44,805 nucleotides of DNA from an uncultured Verrucomicrobiales bacterium (GTDB taxonomy: Bacteria > Verrucomicrobiota > Verrucomicrobiia > Verrucomicrobiales > DEV007): assembly GCA_938091905.1 (NCBI GenBank), contig CALKOM010000137.1, positions 1-44,805 on the forward strand, written 5' to 3'. The notes under the pieces were generated by a model. It was not told the DNA's origin and made no database searches. It saw only the letters and a program-made list of their open reading frames with translations. Positions 8,995 through 19,500 of the stretch are shown here, piece after piece; position 1 is the first letter of the stretch; each line of letters begins with the position of its first letter. The position numbers were made by a program, and so were the translations under genes.

Positions 8995-9022
8995 GCATCA
9001 ATGCTCCACCTCTTTCTTAATT

Positions 9023-9058
9023 TTTCGCCCAATCGAGACTGCCTTCTATTGGGCGAAA
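9023..9058. terminator. Inverted repeat, possible terminator
   Basis: TTTCGCCCAAT-N14-ATTGGGCGAAA, an 11-bp perfect stem. Confidence 0.45.
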
Positions 9059-9186
9059 CGAGGGTGCGGAGAATTCGTCACCCTATGAAGTAACAGCGTA
9101 GTCATAACGATGCGCAAAAGCTAGAATATGAAATCGGAGGCGAGATTGGCATCTCCTGCCGGGCGACGACTTCATTTATCACAGGC

Positions 9187-9441
9187 ATGAGCGCTTCGCG
9201 GTGGTCTGTCTACATCATCCGCTGTGGTGACGGCACGCTCTATACTGGCATTACCACCGATGTCGACCGACGTTTTGCTGAACACAATTCCCAGGGGCCT
9301 AAGGCTGCTAAATACACTCGTAGCAAGCTTCCGCTAGCAATCGTCTATCGAAGGGAGGTGGGTAGCCGCTCCAAGGCCAGCAAGGAGGAGCTTCGAATCA
9401 AGTCGCTGACTCGAAATCAGAAACTTGCACTGATTGGCTAG
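9187..9441 (+). CDS. GIY-YIG nuclease family protein (UPF0213/YhbQ-like)
   Basis: WSVYIIRCGDGTLYTGITTDVDRRFAEHN...AKYTR...A-KEE-RIKSL-R-QK. Confidence 0.92.
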   Translation: MSASRWSVYIIRCGDGTLYTGITTDVDRRFAEHNSQGPKAAKYTRSKLPLAIVYRREVGSRSKASKEELRIKSLTRNQKLALIG

Positions 9442-9599
9442 TGTCGCCTAGTTCGAGTTCTGTGTCTTTGAAGTGGTCGCCCCAAACGGGGTCCTGCAGA
9501 CATTGAGGCTTCCACGTCCCTTTATGAACTTCCGGTCCTTCGTTTGTCTAGAGCTGGTCTGCGTTCCGGATGGACCTTCTTGCGCTGGTGTACTGAGTC

Positions 9600-10532
9600 C
9601 TATCGTCGTATTGCCTTCGATACTGTCATCGATGAGAGGAGCTCAAGGCGTTCGAGAAGATGGTCCAAGGATTGATTCTGAAAGTCTGGTTTCGCGCCCT
9701 CTGGGAAAACGGTTTCCAAGGGCAAGGCTTCTTTATCGTCTCGTTGTGCTGAGATGAGGTCGCTTAGTTCTTGGCGTAGCTGAGGCTGCGTAATTTTACG
9801 GGTCCAGGCGAGCGCTTGTTCCGCGTCTGGGCGACTGCGATCTATCGTGCGGTCGATCGTGCGGTCGATCATTTTAATGAACGAACGATGGCATTACGCT
9901 GTTTCTGGCGGGGCAATTTGAGGCTATTTTTGCGGCGATACGAGGATCGAGGGATGCTAACAGATTCATTTCAGTACGGGCGAGAGCGTAGTAGGTAGGA
10001 GAGTTCTGTGGTAGGGTTGCCGTCCTGCGGTTGAGCAGTTTGCGCCTAGCACTGACCGACCAAACGAGTCCAAAGGTATAGACGACAGCGGATAGCTCGT
10101 CGCCCTTGAACTTGTTGGGTAGCTCAGTGGCCTCCGAACCATCGGATTGCCAAAGCTTGTAGAAGGCGGGCCTTTAGGCTTCGGTTTGGCTGCGGCCTGA
10201 AGGAAGCACGCTGGCCCATTCGTAGATCTTCATCGTAGGAAACTTCTCGGCAGCGGCTGCAAAGGAGTGAGTTGCCTTGGTTTCCGAAGCATACTGCTCG
10301 ATGAAGGTCGTGGGGGCTTGATCTTGTTCGGGATCGGGCTGCTCTAACCAACTCTCAAAGGCACCTTCGGTGGCGGTCCAACGGGTATCGGTGGCGTTGG
10401 TGGCGAATCGAGGGCCTCTACTATGGTTTCCGAGTCTTCGTCGAGAAACTTGCCATACACACATCCGGGGCACAGACCCTGCGGAGATGCCGCGGGGATC
10501 TGCTTTCCACACTGGATGCAAACATTGGCCAT
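9600..10532 (-). pseudogene. Degraded gene: N-terminal Zn-ribbon like those preceding PVC-type Ser/Thr kinases, then fragments of a W/DP-type helical-repeat protein
   Basis: ATG 10532 gives MANVCIQCGKQIPAASPQGLCPGC. Coding-like sequence continues through a frameshift near 10380, an in-frame TAA at 10174-10176 and further frameshifts near 9870-9925. Confidence 0.5.
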
Positions 10533-10768
10533 CAGCGTGGTCGGTGGGAGGACGTAAGCATCGGGGCGAAGGACTAACGGTCGCTCGATGTGTTGATGCG
10601 ACCGCCTTAACGCAGCGATTAGCGGAACGGCGGGGAAGCCTTGATTGATCTTTCCACATGATTGGGGGTCGGATTTAGAAATAGGGCATTGATAGTAAGG
10701 TGTCGAGTTGTCCTGGATTATTCTTGGCCAACTCTTGTCTCTGCTGCCGGGCTGTTTAGAGTTCGCCA

Positions 10769-11728
10769 ATGCGATCAATCTTAGGGATCATTCTCGGAGT
10801 CATTGTCGGTGCCATCGGGGCCGTGCTCTTTACCCAGAGCCTTCCAGCAAAGGCTGGAAGTGTGGAAGCGCGGGCGGAGAAAGCGGAGTTCGAAAGGCAG
10901 AAGGCTGAGCAGAAGATTGAGGCGCTACGCGCACAGCTCGATCCGAATCGGCGTGAGGCGACGCGGCGCCAGGCGATGGATAGCATTGCTCAACGCATCC
11001 GTTCGGGACGACGTGTGAATTTGGATGATGTCTTCAAGGGCACGATGAAGCCGTGGATGCGCGATATGGCGCCGCTCTTTGATCGAGGACGGGTGGCGGG
11101 TGAAAAGCGACAATTAAACTACCTGAGCGGAGAGCTCACACGAGCGTATGGCCTCGACGATGGGCAACAAGAGGCTCTGAACGTGTGGCTTGACCGGCAA
11201 GCCGAGGCAAACGGTGATCGGATTTCCAGAGTGCTCGATGACCCCGAGTCGGGCTTCATTGACTTCTCCAAAGTGATGGATGAACGTATCGACTCTCTTC
11301 GATACAGCCAAGATCTTGATGACTTCATGGCCAGAACGCTCGATGCGGATACTCTAGCAACCTATCAAACGGATCGCCTGGCCGAGCGCGTCGAACGTGT
11401 CCAGAATGAGGCCGAGGGGCGTGTGCAACGGCTAGACTCTTTGGTCGATCTGGATGAAGAACAGAAGGATCAGGCGTTCGCCATCCTGGCTCATAGCTCA
11501 GAATACTTCGATCCGAGCATGCAGTTTGAGGGATTGGAGAATGAGTTGAGCGGATTGCGACCTGGCATGGATACGAACAAGGGCATTGAAGGAATCTTAC
11601 GCCCTGAGCAGCTGCAGCGATTGGGAGACCGACAGAGAGAACGGCGAGCTGATGCGCTCAGTGAGTTTGAAGAGTTGGGGCTCACTCCACCACAAGGTTG
11701 GGAAGAGATGGAGTCTGGTCCCTACTAG
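10769..11728 (+). CDS. Membrane-anchored helical hypothetical protein, first gene of the ABC operon
   Basis: N-terminal TM then coiled-coil, with two L-L-(E/D)-Q-type helical repeats; 9 bp before the ABC ATPase. Confidence 0.8.
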   Translation: MRSILGIILGVIVGAIGAVLFTQSLPAKAGSVEARAEKAEFERQKAEQKIEALRAQLDPNRREATRRQAMDSIAQRIRSGRRVNLDDVFKGTMKPWMRDMAPLFDRGRVAGEKRQLNYLSGELTRAYGLDDGQQEALNVWLDRQAEANGDRISRVLDDPESGFIDFSKVMDERIDSLRYSQDLDDFMARTLDADTLATYQTDRLAERVERVQNEAEGRVQRLDSLVDLDEEQKDQAFAILAHSSEYFDPSMQFEGLENELSGLRPGMDTNKGIEGILRPEQLQRLGDRQRERRADALSEFEELGLTPPQGWEEMESGPY

Positions 11729-11737
11729 TACTATCTT

Positions 11738-12694
11738 ATGTCGGAGACTTCAGCGATTGAGATCAAAGATCTGCGAGTCGACTACGGCAACTTCGTTGCG
11801 GTGGAAGACATCAGTCTGACCATTCCGTTTGGCGAGGTGTATGGACTGGTTGGGCCGAACGGGGCAGGCAAGACGAGCACCTTTAAAGTGCTCGCGACTC
11901 TCATGGAGCAAACGTATGGTGAGGTTCGTATTGCGGGTCATGATGTGTTAGAGCAAACGGAAGCCGCTCGACGCCTACTGGGCTACATGCCAGATCTCGC
12001 GCCAGTACCTTCCGATCTGAAGGTGTGGGAGTTTCTTAATTTTCATGCGGACACCCATGCTTTGGGTAGTCGACGGGCCAGACTGGAACGGGTTGATGAG
12101 TGTCTCGCCCGCGTGAATCTCACCGATAATCGAGAATCTTGGTGCAAGAAGCTCTCGCGCGGCCAAACGCAAAGGGTCGTTCTGGCAAAGACCTTGTTGC
12201 ACCGTCCGCAGGTGCTCATCCTTGATGAGCCTGCTAGTGGCCTTGACCCACTTTCCCGCCGCGAGCTCAGACATGCACTTCAAGATCTGGCGAAGCAGGG
12301 CGCTACGGTGATCGTGAGTTCGCACATCCTGGGTGAACTCGCTGAGATGTGTTCCTCCCTTTGCGTCATGAATCAGGGAAAACTTCTGGCGTCGGGTTCT
12401 TCGGAGCAAGTGCTGCAAGAGCTTGGCAACGCCGAGCGTCGCATCACGGCTGTCTTGGCGAGTAATCAGGCCTCGGATCTAAGCGGGTGGCTGGAGACGA
12501 AAGACGGTGTCGGGGAGATTGAGCGTTCCTCTGACAGTCAGCTCACTTTCACCTTTACGGGTGATGAGGCGGCTAAAGCGCGCTTGTTAGCCTCATGCAT
12601 TCAACAAGACTTTCTCGTGGCGGATTTCCATGAGAGAGGCTCTTCGTTTGAAGAGATCCTGGTGGAAGTGGCGGAGGGCAATCGCGTGTCATGA
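11738..12694 (+). CDS. ABC transporter ATP-binding protein (ABC-2/DrrA-like)
   Basis: Walker A GPNGAGKT, signature LSRGQTQR, Walker B ILDEP, H-switch SSH. Confidence 0.95.
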   Translation: MSETSAIEIKDLRVDYGNFVAVEDISLTIPFGEVYGLVGPNGAGKTSTFKVLATLMEQTYGEVRIAGHDVLEQTEAARRLLGYMPDLAPVPSDLKVWEFLNFHADTHALGSRRARLERVDECLARVNLTDNRESWCKKLSRGQTQRVVLAKTLLHRPQVLILDEPASGLDPLSRRELRHALQDLAKQGATVIVSSHILGELAEMCSSLCVMNQGKLLASGSSEQVLQELGNAERRITAVLASNQASDLSGWLETKDGVGEIERSSDSQLTFTFTGDEAAKARLLASCIQQDFLVADFHERGSSFEEILVEVAEGNRVS

Positions 12695-14355
12695 CAGAAT
12701 CTTATTCCAGGCCAGAGCAAGCGCCGACCTGGAAGCTCTGGGAGAATCCGATTATTCGGCGTTACGCGCAGTCGCGGTTGCGGCCGCAAGGCCTTGGGTT
12801 CTGGCTTTTGGTCGTTCTTCTCATAGCCGGATTCATCTTCTTTCTTAGTCGGTCGATAGCCTACCAGAGGAGTGGGTTGGCGATGATGGATGCGGAAAGG
12901 ACGCCACTCATTCCTCTCTTCATCCTCCAAGGAGTCATCTTGTTCTTGTTAGGCACTGGTCAAGTCGCTGGAGCCATGACTGCAGAAGGTGATGAAGGGG
13001 TGCTCGACTACCAGCGTCTCGCGCCGATGACGCCACTTTCTAAGGTGTTAGGTTATCTCTTCGGCTTGCCCATCCGCGAGTATCTGCTTTGTTTGGCCAC
13101 GTTTCCCTTTACGCTTTGGTGTTTTTGGAAAGGGGGTGTGCCTTTTTACGTCGCCGCTGAGCTGTATGCCACGTTCTTCTGCTCAGCGATCCTCTATCAC
13201 TTGACCGGGCTGATTGCTGGCACCGTATTAAAGAATCGCCGATGGGCCTTTCTAGTTTCCATGGGCATTGTCTTTCTGCTCTACACGCTTATTCCGCAGC
13301 TTGCTAAATTCGGTCTAGTCTACTTTCGTTACCTTACGGTTCGGCCAGTCTTCGACCAGCACATGGTTTCACTCCTTCCGCAAACAGCTGGCGCGTTGGT
13401 CGACACGTTCAATCGACTCCTGCCGCCCTTACGCCCCTTTAATCTCAACTTACCCGAGACGTTCTTCACCCTGTTCTCGCAGTTTATGCTAATTTTGACG
13501 GGCATTGTCATGCTTTGGCGACGGTGGCGGCGGGATGAGTCGCACCTGCTCGGCAAAGCATGGGCGCTCGGTCTCTATGCATGGACGCAGATCATGCTGC
13601 TGGGAAATGTCCTGCCATTGATTGAAAGGGGAGAGGTCTTTCCATCGCAAGAGATGAACCGGCGATTCCGCAGTTTTGCCCAAGAGTGGCAACCTCAGGG
13701 AGAGGAAGCTGTGGTTATGTCAGGTGCCTATGGACTGGTTAGTGTTGCCTTGCTTTGGGTCATGACTCTAATGATCACGCCGTCGAAGGATACGCAAATT
13801 CGTGGATGGCGACGGACGCGAAAGCTTGGGCGTCGGCGGATGGTTCCCACCTCGGATCCCGCGACGGGATTCTGGGCCGTTTGCCTCATGGCCGTGATTG
13901 GGGTAGCCGGTTGGTTTCTTTTTACACGTGCGGTGGTCGAGTCTCATTGGTTTGGCCAGACCATGCCTAAGGAGACGATGTTGGCGATGGGCCTCACGTT
14001 TGCCACTTGTGGATTGGGCTTTCACGGTCTCTTGGAAGGCCGTGGAGGTAAAGTCATGACGCTCACGGTAATCTTGTTAGGCGTCGCGCCAATCATGCTG
14101 GGAACAGTGCTTGGTGCGGCGAATGATCGCTTTGTTGCCGTATCGGCTTGGCTCTTTGCCATGTCGCCGGTGAGCGGTCCGCTCTTTGCGCCGGGTGCCA
14201 CGCTTCCCATGGCGGATCTTCCAGAAGAAGTCTTCAAAGCAGTGCCTCGGGCTTTCTGGTTCTTTCAGTTTGTCATGCTGCTTGCGGCACTTTGGTTGGC
14301 GATCGATCTTTGGAAACGTCGCCGGGCGATCGCGAAGAGTACGGAGCAAGCCTAG
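12691..14355 (+). CDS. ABC transporter permease (multi-pass membrane protein)
   Basis: 554 aa with many TM helices; WENPII and E-DEGVLDYQRLAPMTP motifs of ABC-2-type permeases; translationally coupled to the ATPase. Confidence 0.8.
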   Translation: MTESYSRPEQAPTWKLWENPIIRRYAQSRLRPQGLGFWLLVVLLIAGFIFFLSRSIAYQRSGLAMMDAERTPLIPLFILQGVILFLLGTGQVAGAMTAEGDEGVLDYQRLAPMTPLSKVLGYLFGLPIREYLLCLATFPFTLWCFWKGGVPFYVAAELYATFFCSAILYHLTGLIAGTVLKNRRWAFLVSMGIVFLLYTLIPQLAKFGLVYFRYLTVRPVFDQHMVSLLPQTAGALVDTFNRLLPPLRPFNLNLPETFFTLFSQFMLILTGIVMLWRRWRRDESHLLGKAWALGLYAWTQIMLLGNVLPLIERGEVFPSQEMNRRFRSFAQEWQPQGEEAVVMSGAYGLVSVALLWVMTLMITPSKDTQIRGWRRTRKLGRRRMVPTSDPATGFWAVCLMAVIGVAGWFLFTRAVVESHWFGQTMPKETMLAMGLTFATCGLGFHGLLEGRGGKVMTLTVILLGVAPIMLGTVLGAANDRFVAVSAWLFAMSPVSGPLFAPGATLPMADLPEEVFKAVPRAFWFFQFVMLLAALWLAIDLWKRRRAIAKSTEQA

Positions 14356-14438
14356 GAGGACCACCAGGCGGAGGCGCTTGTTGGTCCGAGGACTAGAGGC
14401 ACCCCGGAGGAGACTTGTAGATACCGGCGCTCTAATTC

Positions 14439-14466
14439 TTGAATTTATAAAAATTATTAATATAAT
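14439..14466 (+). promoter_or_regulatory. Sigma70-type promoter for the beta-barrel gene
   Basis: TTGAAT-N16-TATAAT in an AT-rich patch, ending 23 bp before ATG 14490. Confidence 0.55.
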
Positions 14467-14489
14467 TGATGTTTACTTGGTTATCTATC

Positions 14490-15281
14490 ATGACGTGTCG
14501 TGCTTTCTTCCTTGGGGCCAGCCTTTCTCTGGCCATTCACTGTGCTGTTGCTGGTCCCACTTCCGTGGGTAAGAGCGGGCATGGCAAGAGCTACGGGAAG
14601 GACGAGGACGAGCCGGCTATCGAAATTCACGTCGAGATTCCAGAGGTCTCTCGTAATCGGGTAGGTGTCCTTGCGAATGGTGGCCTCGGTATCTCCGCAG
14701 AGATCCTTAGTAATGCGTTCACCAAGAAGTCGCCGACCACCCCGATTACTCAGTCAGAGGACGCTGATTTCGCTCTTGGAGGCGAGATCTTCTATGAGCG
14801 TATTCTGTCAGCGGACCCATCGGCACAGGATCTTTGGGGAATCCGAGTTGGAGTAGGCTACTCACAGGTGGAGATGGAGGATCGCCATAGCGGTTTTGAT
14901 GAGTTCGGCCAGTTCTTCACGTTGGAGCACGATTTCGATGCCGATCTGATCCATGCGAATGTGGGACCTTTTTTCGAGCGCCGTTTCACCGACCGCTTCT
15001 ATGGCCAAGCCAGTGTGGGTCTGACAGCGGCCTACATCGACGCGGATCTGGAGACCACGCACTCAGCTGGATTTAGTGCTTATGAAGGCGATGACGAGTT
15101 TCTCTTTGGTGCGTATGCTCAGGTGGCTCTGGGTTACCAAGTGTCATCGAATTGGAGCCTGATGGCAGGTATTCGCTACCAATACCTCGATACCTTTGAG
15201 ATCGACAATGGGATCTCTGAAGTCGACCTCGATTTCGATAGCTCATACGTGGTTTTTGCTGGCGTACGCTGGAACTTTTAG
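14490..15281 (+). CDS. Outer-membrane beta-barrel protein (OmpA/Opa-like)
   Basis: Signal peptide, alternating aromatic beta-strands (FGAYAQVALGYQV...MAGIRYQYL) and C-terminal GVRWNF BAM-type signal. Confidence 0.82.
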   Translation: MTCRAFFLGASLSLAIHCAVAGPTSVGKSGHGKSYGKDEDEPAIEIHVEIPEVSRNRVGVLANGGLGISAEILSNAFTKKSPTTPITQSEDADFALGGEIFYERILSADPSAQDLWGIRVGVGYSQVEMEDRHSGFDEFGQFFTLEHDFDADLIHANVGPFFERRFTDRFYGQASVGLTAAYIDADLETTHSAGFSAYEGDDEFLFGAYAQVALGYQVSSNWSLMAGIRYQYLDTFEIDNGISEVDLDFDSSYVVFAGVRWNF

Positions 15282-15349
15282 AATGGTCGTCGGGGTGAGG
15301 ACAGCAAGTCCTGGTTGGACTTTTGCTGGCGGCCGTTGAATTCTGGGGC

Positions 15350-16579
15350 GTGTTTCGTTTCATTCACGCTGCTGATATTCATCTGGATTCCCCGTTACGG
15401 GGACTCTCGCAGCGTGAAGGGGCGCCCGAGGACGAGATTCGAGGTGCCAGTCGCCGTGCGTTGGAGAATTTGGTTGGGTTGTGTCTGGAAGAGAACGTCG
15501 ATTTCCTTCTGATTGCTGGAGATGTGTATGATGGTGATTGGCCGGACTTTAACACCGGGCTGTTTTTCAATCGACAGATGCTTCGCCTTCGGGAAGCGGG
15601 CATTCCGGTGTATCTAATCTCGGGAAACCACGATGCGGAGTCGAAGATCACGAAGTCGCTGTCGTTGCCAGAGAATGTGCAGGCGTTTCGGGTAAGAAAG
15701 CCAAAGTCCATTAAGCACCCGACCTTGCCGGTGACGTTTCACGGTCAGGGGTTTGCTACGGCGAGCGTGACGGAGAATCTTTCGCTGAGCTATCCGGAGG
15801 CGACTGAGGGGCGATTCAACATTGGGCTCCTGCACTGTTCGATTGGCGATTCACCTCATGCGGCTTATGCGCCGTGTACGGTGGCGAATCTCCTGACGAA
15901 ACACTATGATTATTGGGCTTTGGGGCATATTCATCTGCACGCGGTGCTCCACGAATCGCCGCACATTGTTTACAGTGGCAACATCCAGGGACGTCATGCT
16001 CGAGAGCCAGGCGAGCGCGGCTGTTATGTGGTTGCGGTGAATGATGACCTTGCGGTGGAGAGCTTAGAATTCAAAGCGCTCGATGTCGTGCGCTGGGAGC
16101 AGTGTGAGGTTGATTTGGGAGGCATCGAAGACCGGAACGCCGCGCTACGAAAGATTCGAACGGCAGTGATGGAAGCAGCGGCGGGTGCGTCCCCGCGTTT
16201 ACTCTGTGTCCGCCTAACGCTTTCAGGTCAGACACCACTTCACAGTGAATTGCATGTTGGAAAGGAAGCGTGGCGTGCAGAAGTGGTCAACGTGGCGCAG
16301 GAAGTGAGCGACGAGATTTGGGTGGAGCGCATCCGCTTGCGGACCCAGTCGCCAGTTGATCTAGACCAACTGGCTGGGCAGAGTGAGCTAACGGCCCAGG
16401 TGGTGGAGGCGCTGCGCGCAATCGATGTTTCTGAGCATCCTAGCAATGTGATGGATTTGCTGGGGAAGCTTCCGGTGTCTGCTCAGGGAGAACTGGCTCA
16501 GTCAGATCACGCGCTGAAGGAAAACGTCACTGCGCTCGTGATCGATGCGCTCACCTCGTCCGCTACGCATGAGATTTGA
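15350..16579 (+). CDS. SbcD/Mre11-like DNA repair exonuclease (YhaO family metallophosphoesterase)
   Basis: Motifs ADIHLD, AGDVYD, GNHD, LLH, YWALGHIH. GTG start inferred at 15350. Confidence 0.92.
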   Translation: MFRFIHAADIHLDSPLRGLSQREGAPEDEIRGASRRALENLVGLCLEENVDFLLIAGDVYDGDWPDFNTGLFFNRQMLRLREAGIPVYLISGNHDAESKITKSLSLPENVQAFRVRKPKSIKHPTLPVTFHGQGFATASVTENLSLSYPEATEGRFNIGLLHCSIGDSPHAAYAPCTVANLLTKHYDYWALGHIHLHAVLHESPHIVYSGNIQGRHAREPGERGCYVVAVNDDLAVESLEFKALDVVRWEQCEVDLGGIEDRNAALRKIRTAVMEAAAGASPRLLCVRLTLSGQTPLHSELHVGKEAWRAEVVNVAQEVSDEIWVERIRLRTQSPVDLDQLAGQSELTAQVVEALRAIDVSEHPSNVMDLLGKLPVSAQGELAQSDHALKENVTALVIDALTSSATHEI

Positions 16580-19500
16580 TCAGCTCCAGATCCCGGCGTT
16601 TGGGCCGTTCACGGATTTCTCGCTTACCTTCGAGTCGAACTCGAATGATCTTCACTTGATCTATGGGGCGAATGAGAGAGGAAAGAGTTCGCTCTTACGT
16701 GCGATCGATCATCTTCTCTTTGGGATTCCTCCGCGGTCGACTGACAATTTCCTGCATGCCCATCAAAAACTGCGAATTGGCGCGACGATTTCTGAAAGTG
16801 AGGAAGAGCGATTATTCTTTCAGCGAAAGAAGGGGAACGCAAACACGTTGCTGGATGCCGATGGGAATGTGTTGCCGGACACCTTGCTGAAGGCGTTTCT
16901 TGGGCCTGTGGATAGCGGGTTCTTCAGCTCGATGTTCGGCCTGGATACGGAGTCGCTTAGAGATGGTGCGGGTGCACTGATTGCGGGTGAAGGCGAACTG
17001 GGGTCCGCATTGTTCTCAGCTAGTCTTGGGAGCACGGATATCGATGCCGCGATCGCCAAGTTGCAGGAGGGTGCTGATGGGCTTTTCAAAGGGCGGTCGA
17101 CGAAGGTGAGGATTCCAGTGGCAATGAAGGCGTTTAAGGAGTGCGAGAAGGCGTCTCGAGAAGCGACGACAAAGGTCACGGCCTGGAAGACACTCCAGAA
17201 GGCCTTGAAAGCTGCTCAAGAAGAATTTGATAGAGTAGATGAAGTGCAGCGCAAGTCACAGCAGCGTTTGCGTGCGGTGGAGCGTTTGCTCAGCGCGTTG
17301 CCGATTATTTCACAGTTGGCCCATGCACGAAAGGGACTAGAGGAATTGGCGTATCTGCCAGAGCTTGCTGATGACTTTGTGGAGCGTGTGAAACAAGCAC
17401 GGGAGCAAGTTCGTGAGTGTGAGCAATCCGTAGCGGTGCGCGAGAACCAACTGGGAGGGTTGCGTGAACAGTTGGCAGCCGTGAAGACACAACCAGAGAT
17501 CTTGAAGCGATCCGAGAAGATCGAGCACCTTTACCAAGCACTCGACGCGCATCTGAGTCGAAAGCGTGCGATGCCACCGCTTCGTGCTGAGCATGAGGCG
17601 AAGTCGACTCAACTGGGGCAGGCGCTTGAGAAGCTTGGCCTTACCATGGTCGATCTTACTAGTGCGCCTAAAGTCACCACCGATTTGGTGGAGAAGGCCG
17701 AGGGCCTGAAAGACGGTTTGGCAGAGGCGGCCAGTAAAGTGACTTTGGCAAAGGCGACGATGGCGCGGGTGTCGAAGGAAAGTGCGGCTCTGGTGGAAGA
17801 ATTATCAGTGGTGTCTGCACCTGAGAGTTCCACTGTTCTGAAGGCGCTGAGAGAGCGGGCGCGTTCTGCAGAGACGGCGCGCAGCCGGAAGACCGAGCTG
17901 ACGGCTGAACTTAAGAAACTGTCTCGCGCTAACGAGACACTGGCAGCGCGGCTGAGCCTCGCTGATCTTGCTGTCGATAAAGTTCAGCAATTGGCACCAC
18001 CCTCTACGGAAACCATCCATGAGGAGAAGGCGCGCCTCGATGGTCTTGAGAAACGGATTGAGCGAGTGGGGGACGAACGGTCAGATCTTGATCGACGAAT
18101 ACACGATGAGGAAACAGCGCTGGCGACGTTGCGTGAACAGGGGGCTCGCCACACCGAGGATGATCTCGCGAAGAAGCGTCGAGAGCGTGATGAGCATTTG
18201 ACTGCAGCATTAGAAGGCGAGGCTGCTTCGCGAAAGGTCTTGCCTAGAGAAGTGCGAGAAGCAGATGAGGTGGCCGATAGCTTGCGGAGCCACGCAGAGC
18301 AGATAGCCCGAGCCGAGAATCATGCACGCGCGATTGCGGATCTTAACGGAAAGCGAGAACTGGCTTCTTCGACTCTGGGGAAACTGAGCGCAGAATGCGA
18401 TCAATGGCAGGAGGAGTGGGAGAGTCGTTGTGCGGCCATTCCAGCGCCGGTGCAACCTCCGCACGACCTGATCGGGTGGGTGACAGATTGGAGAGAGCTA
18501 CGCGAGGTGCTTGATAGGATGGCGGAGGTGGAGGATGAGGTGGAAGTGTTGGCCCAGGAAGTGGGCGGTGCCCATGAGGCTTTGGCAGAGGCGCTAGTGC
18601 ATTCGGACGCTGAGTTCGGCTCGCTGGTGGCGTTGTTAGAAGAGCGCCTGGCGAGCCTTGCAGAAGCCACTGGTGCGCACCAAGAAAGGGTGAAACGCCA
18701 GGCTCAGCTCAAGCGTGAATCCGCTGATGCCGAGGAGGCGATTGAGAAGGCTGAAGCAGAACGCGAGCGGCAACAGGCCGTGCTAGGGGAGCTGACGGCC
18801 CGCTTTCCTGCGCCGATTGATGGGCTTCAGCGGCTGCAAGACTTGGCCAGTGCTGTGGAGGAGTTGGAACAACGGATCACACAGGAAGAGAACGCGATTC
18901 AAGACATGGATGCGCGGCTCGTAGCCGTTCGACCGGAAGCGTCTCAAGAGAATCATGCCACTGAGGTGGGGCAGCTTTGGGCAGAACTCGAGACGGCTAA
19001 GTCGGCCGAGAGTCAGGCCAAGGTGCTGCAGGCGAGCATTGACGCTGCCGAGGAGAAGCGGTCTCACGACAAAGCGGCCTTGGAATCTGCGAGCGCTGCA
19101 GTGACAGAGTTGCGAGAAATCTGTGGGGCAGCGGACATGGGTGCTCTGGAAACGACACTCGCTGAGATTGAAAGGAAGTCCGAGTGTCGAAAGGGGATTG
19201 CTAAGGCGGAATCCAATTTGGCGTCGATGTCAGGCGGGCAGTCGCTGGAGAGATTCATTGAGGAGGCAACGGGCTCATCCGAGGACGAGCTTCAGGGTGA
19301 GAAGGCTGAGCTGGAACGTGTCCTGCCAGAGCACCAAGGAGCCCGGGATACGGCGCGTGAGCAGTTGAATGTGCTGAAGGCGGAAGACGCTCAGCTACAG
19401 CAAGCGAGTGATGCCGCAGCGGTCCAGCAGCAACAGGCGGAGCTGCATCTCTCTTCCATTGTTTCTGACGTGCGACGCTTCATGGAACTTCAGCATGCGA

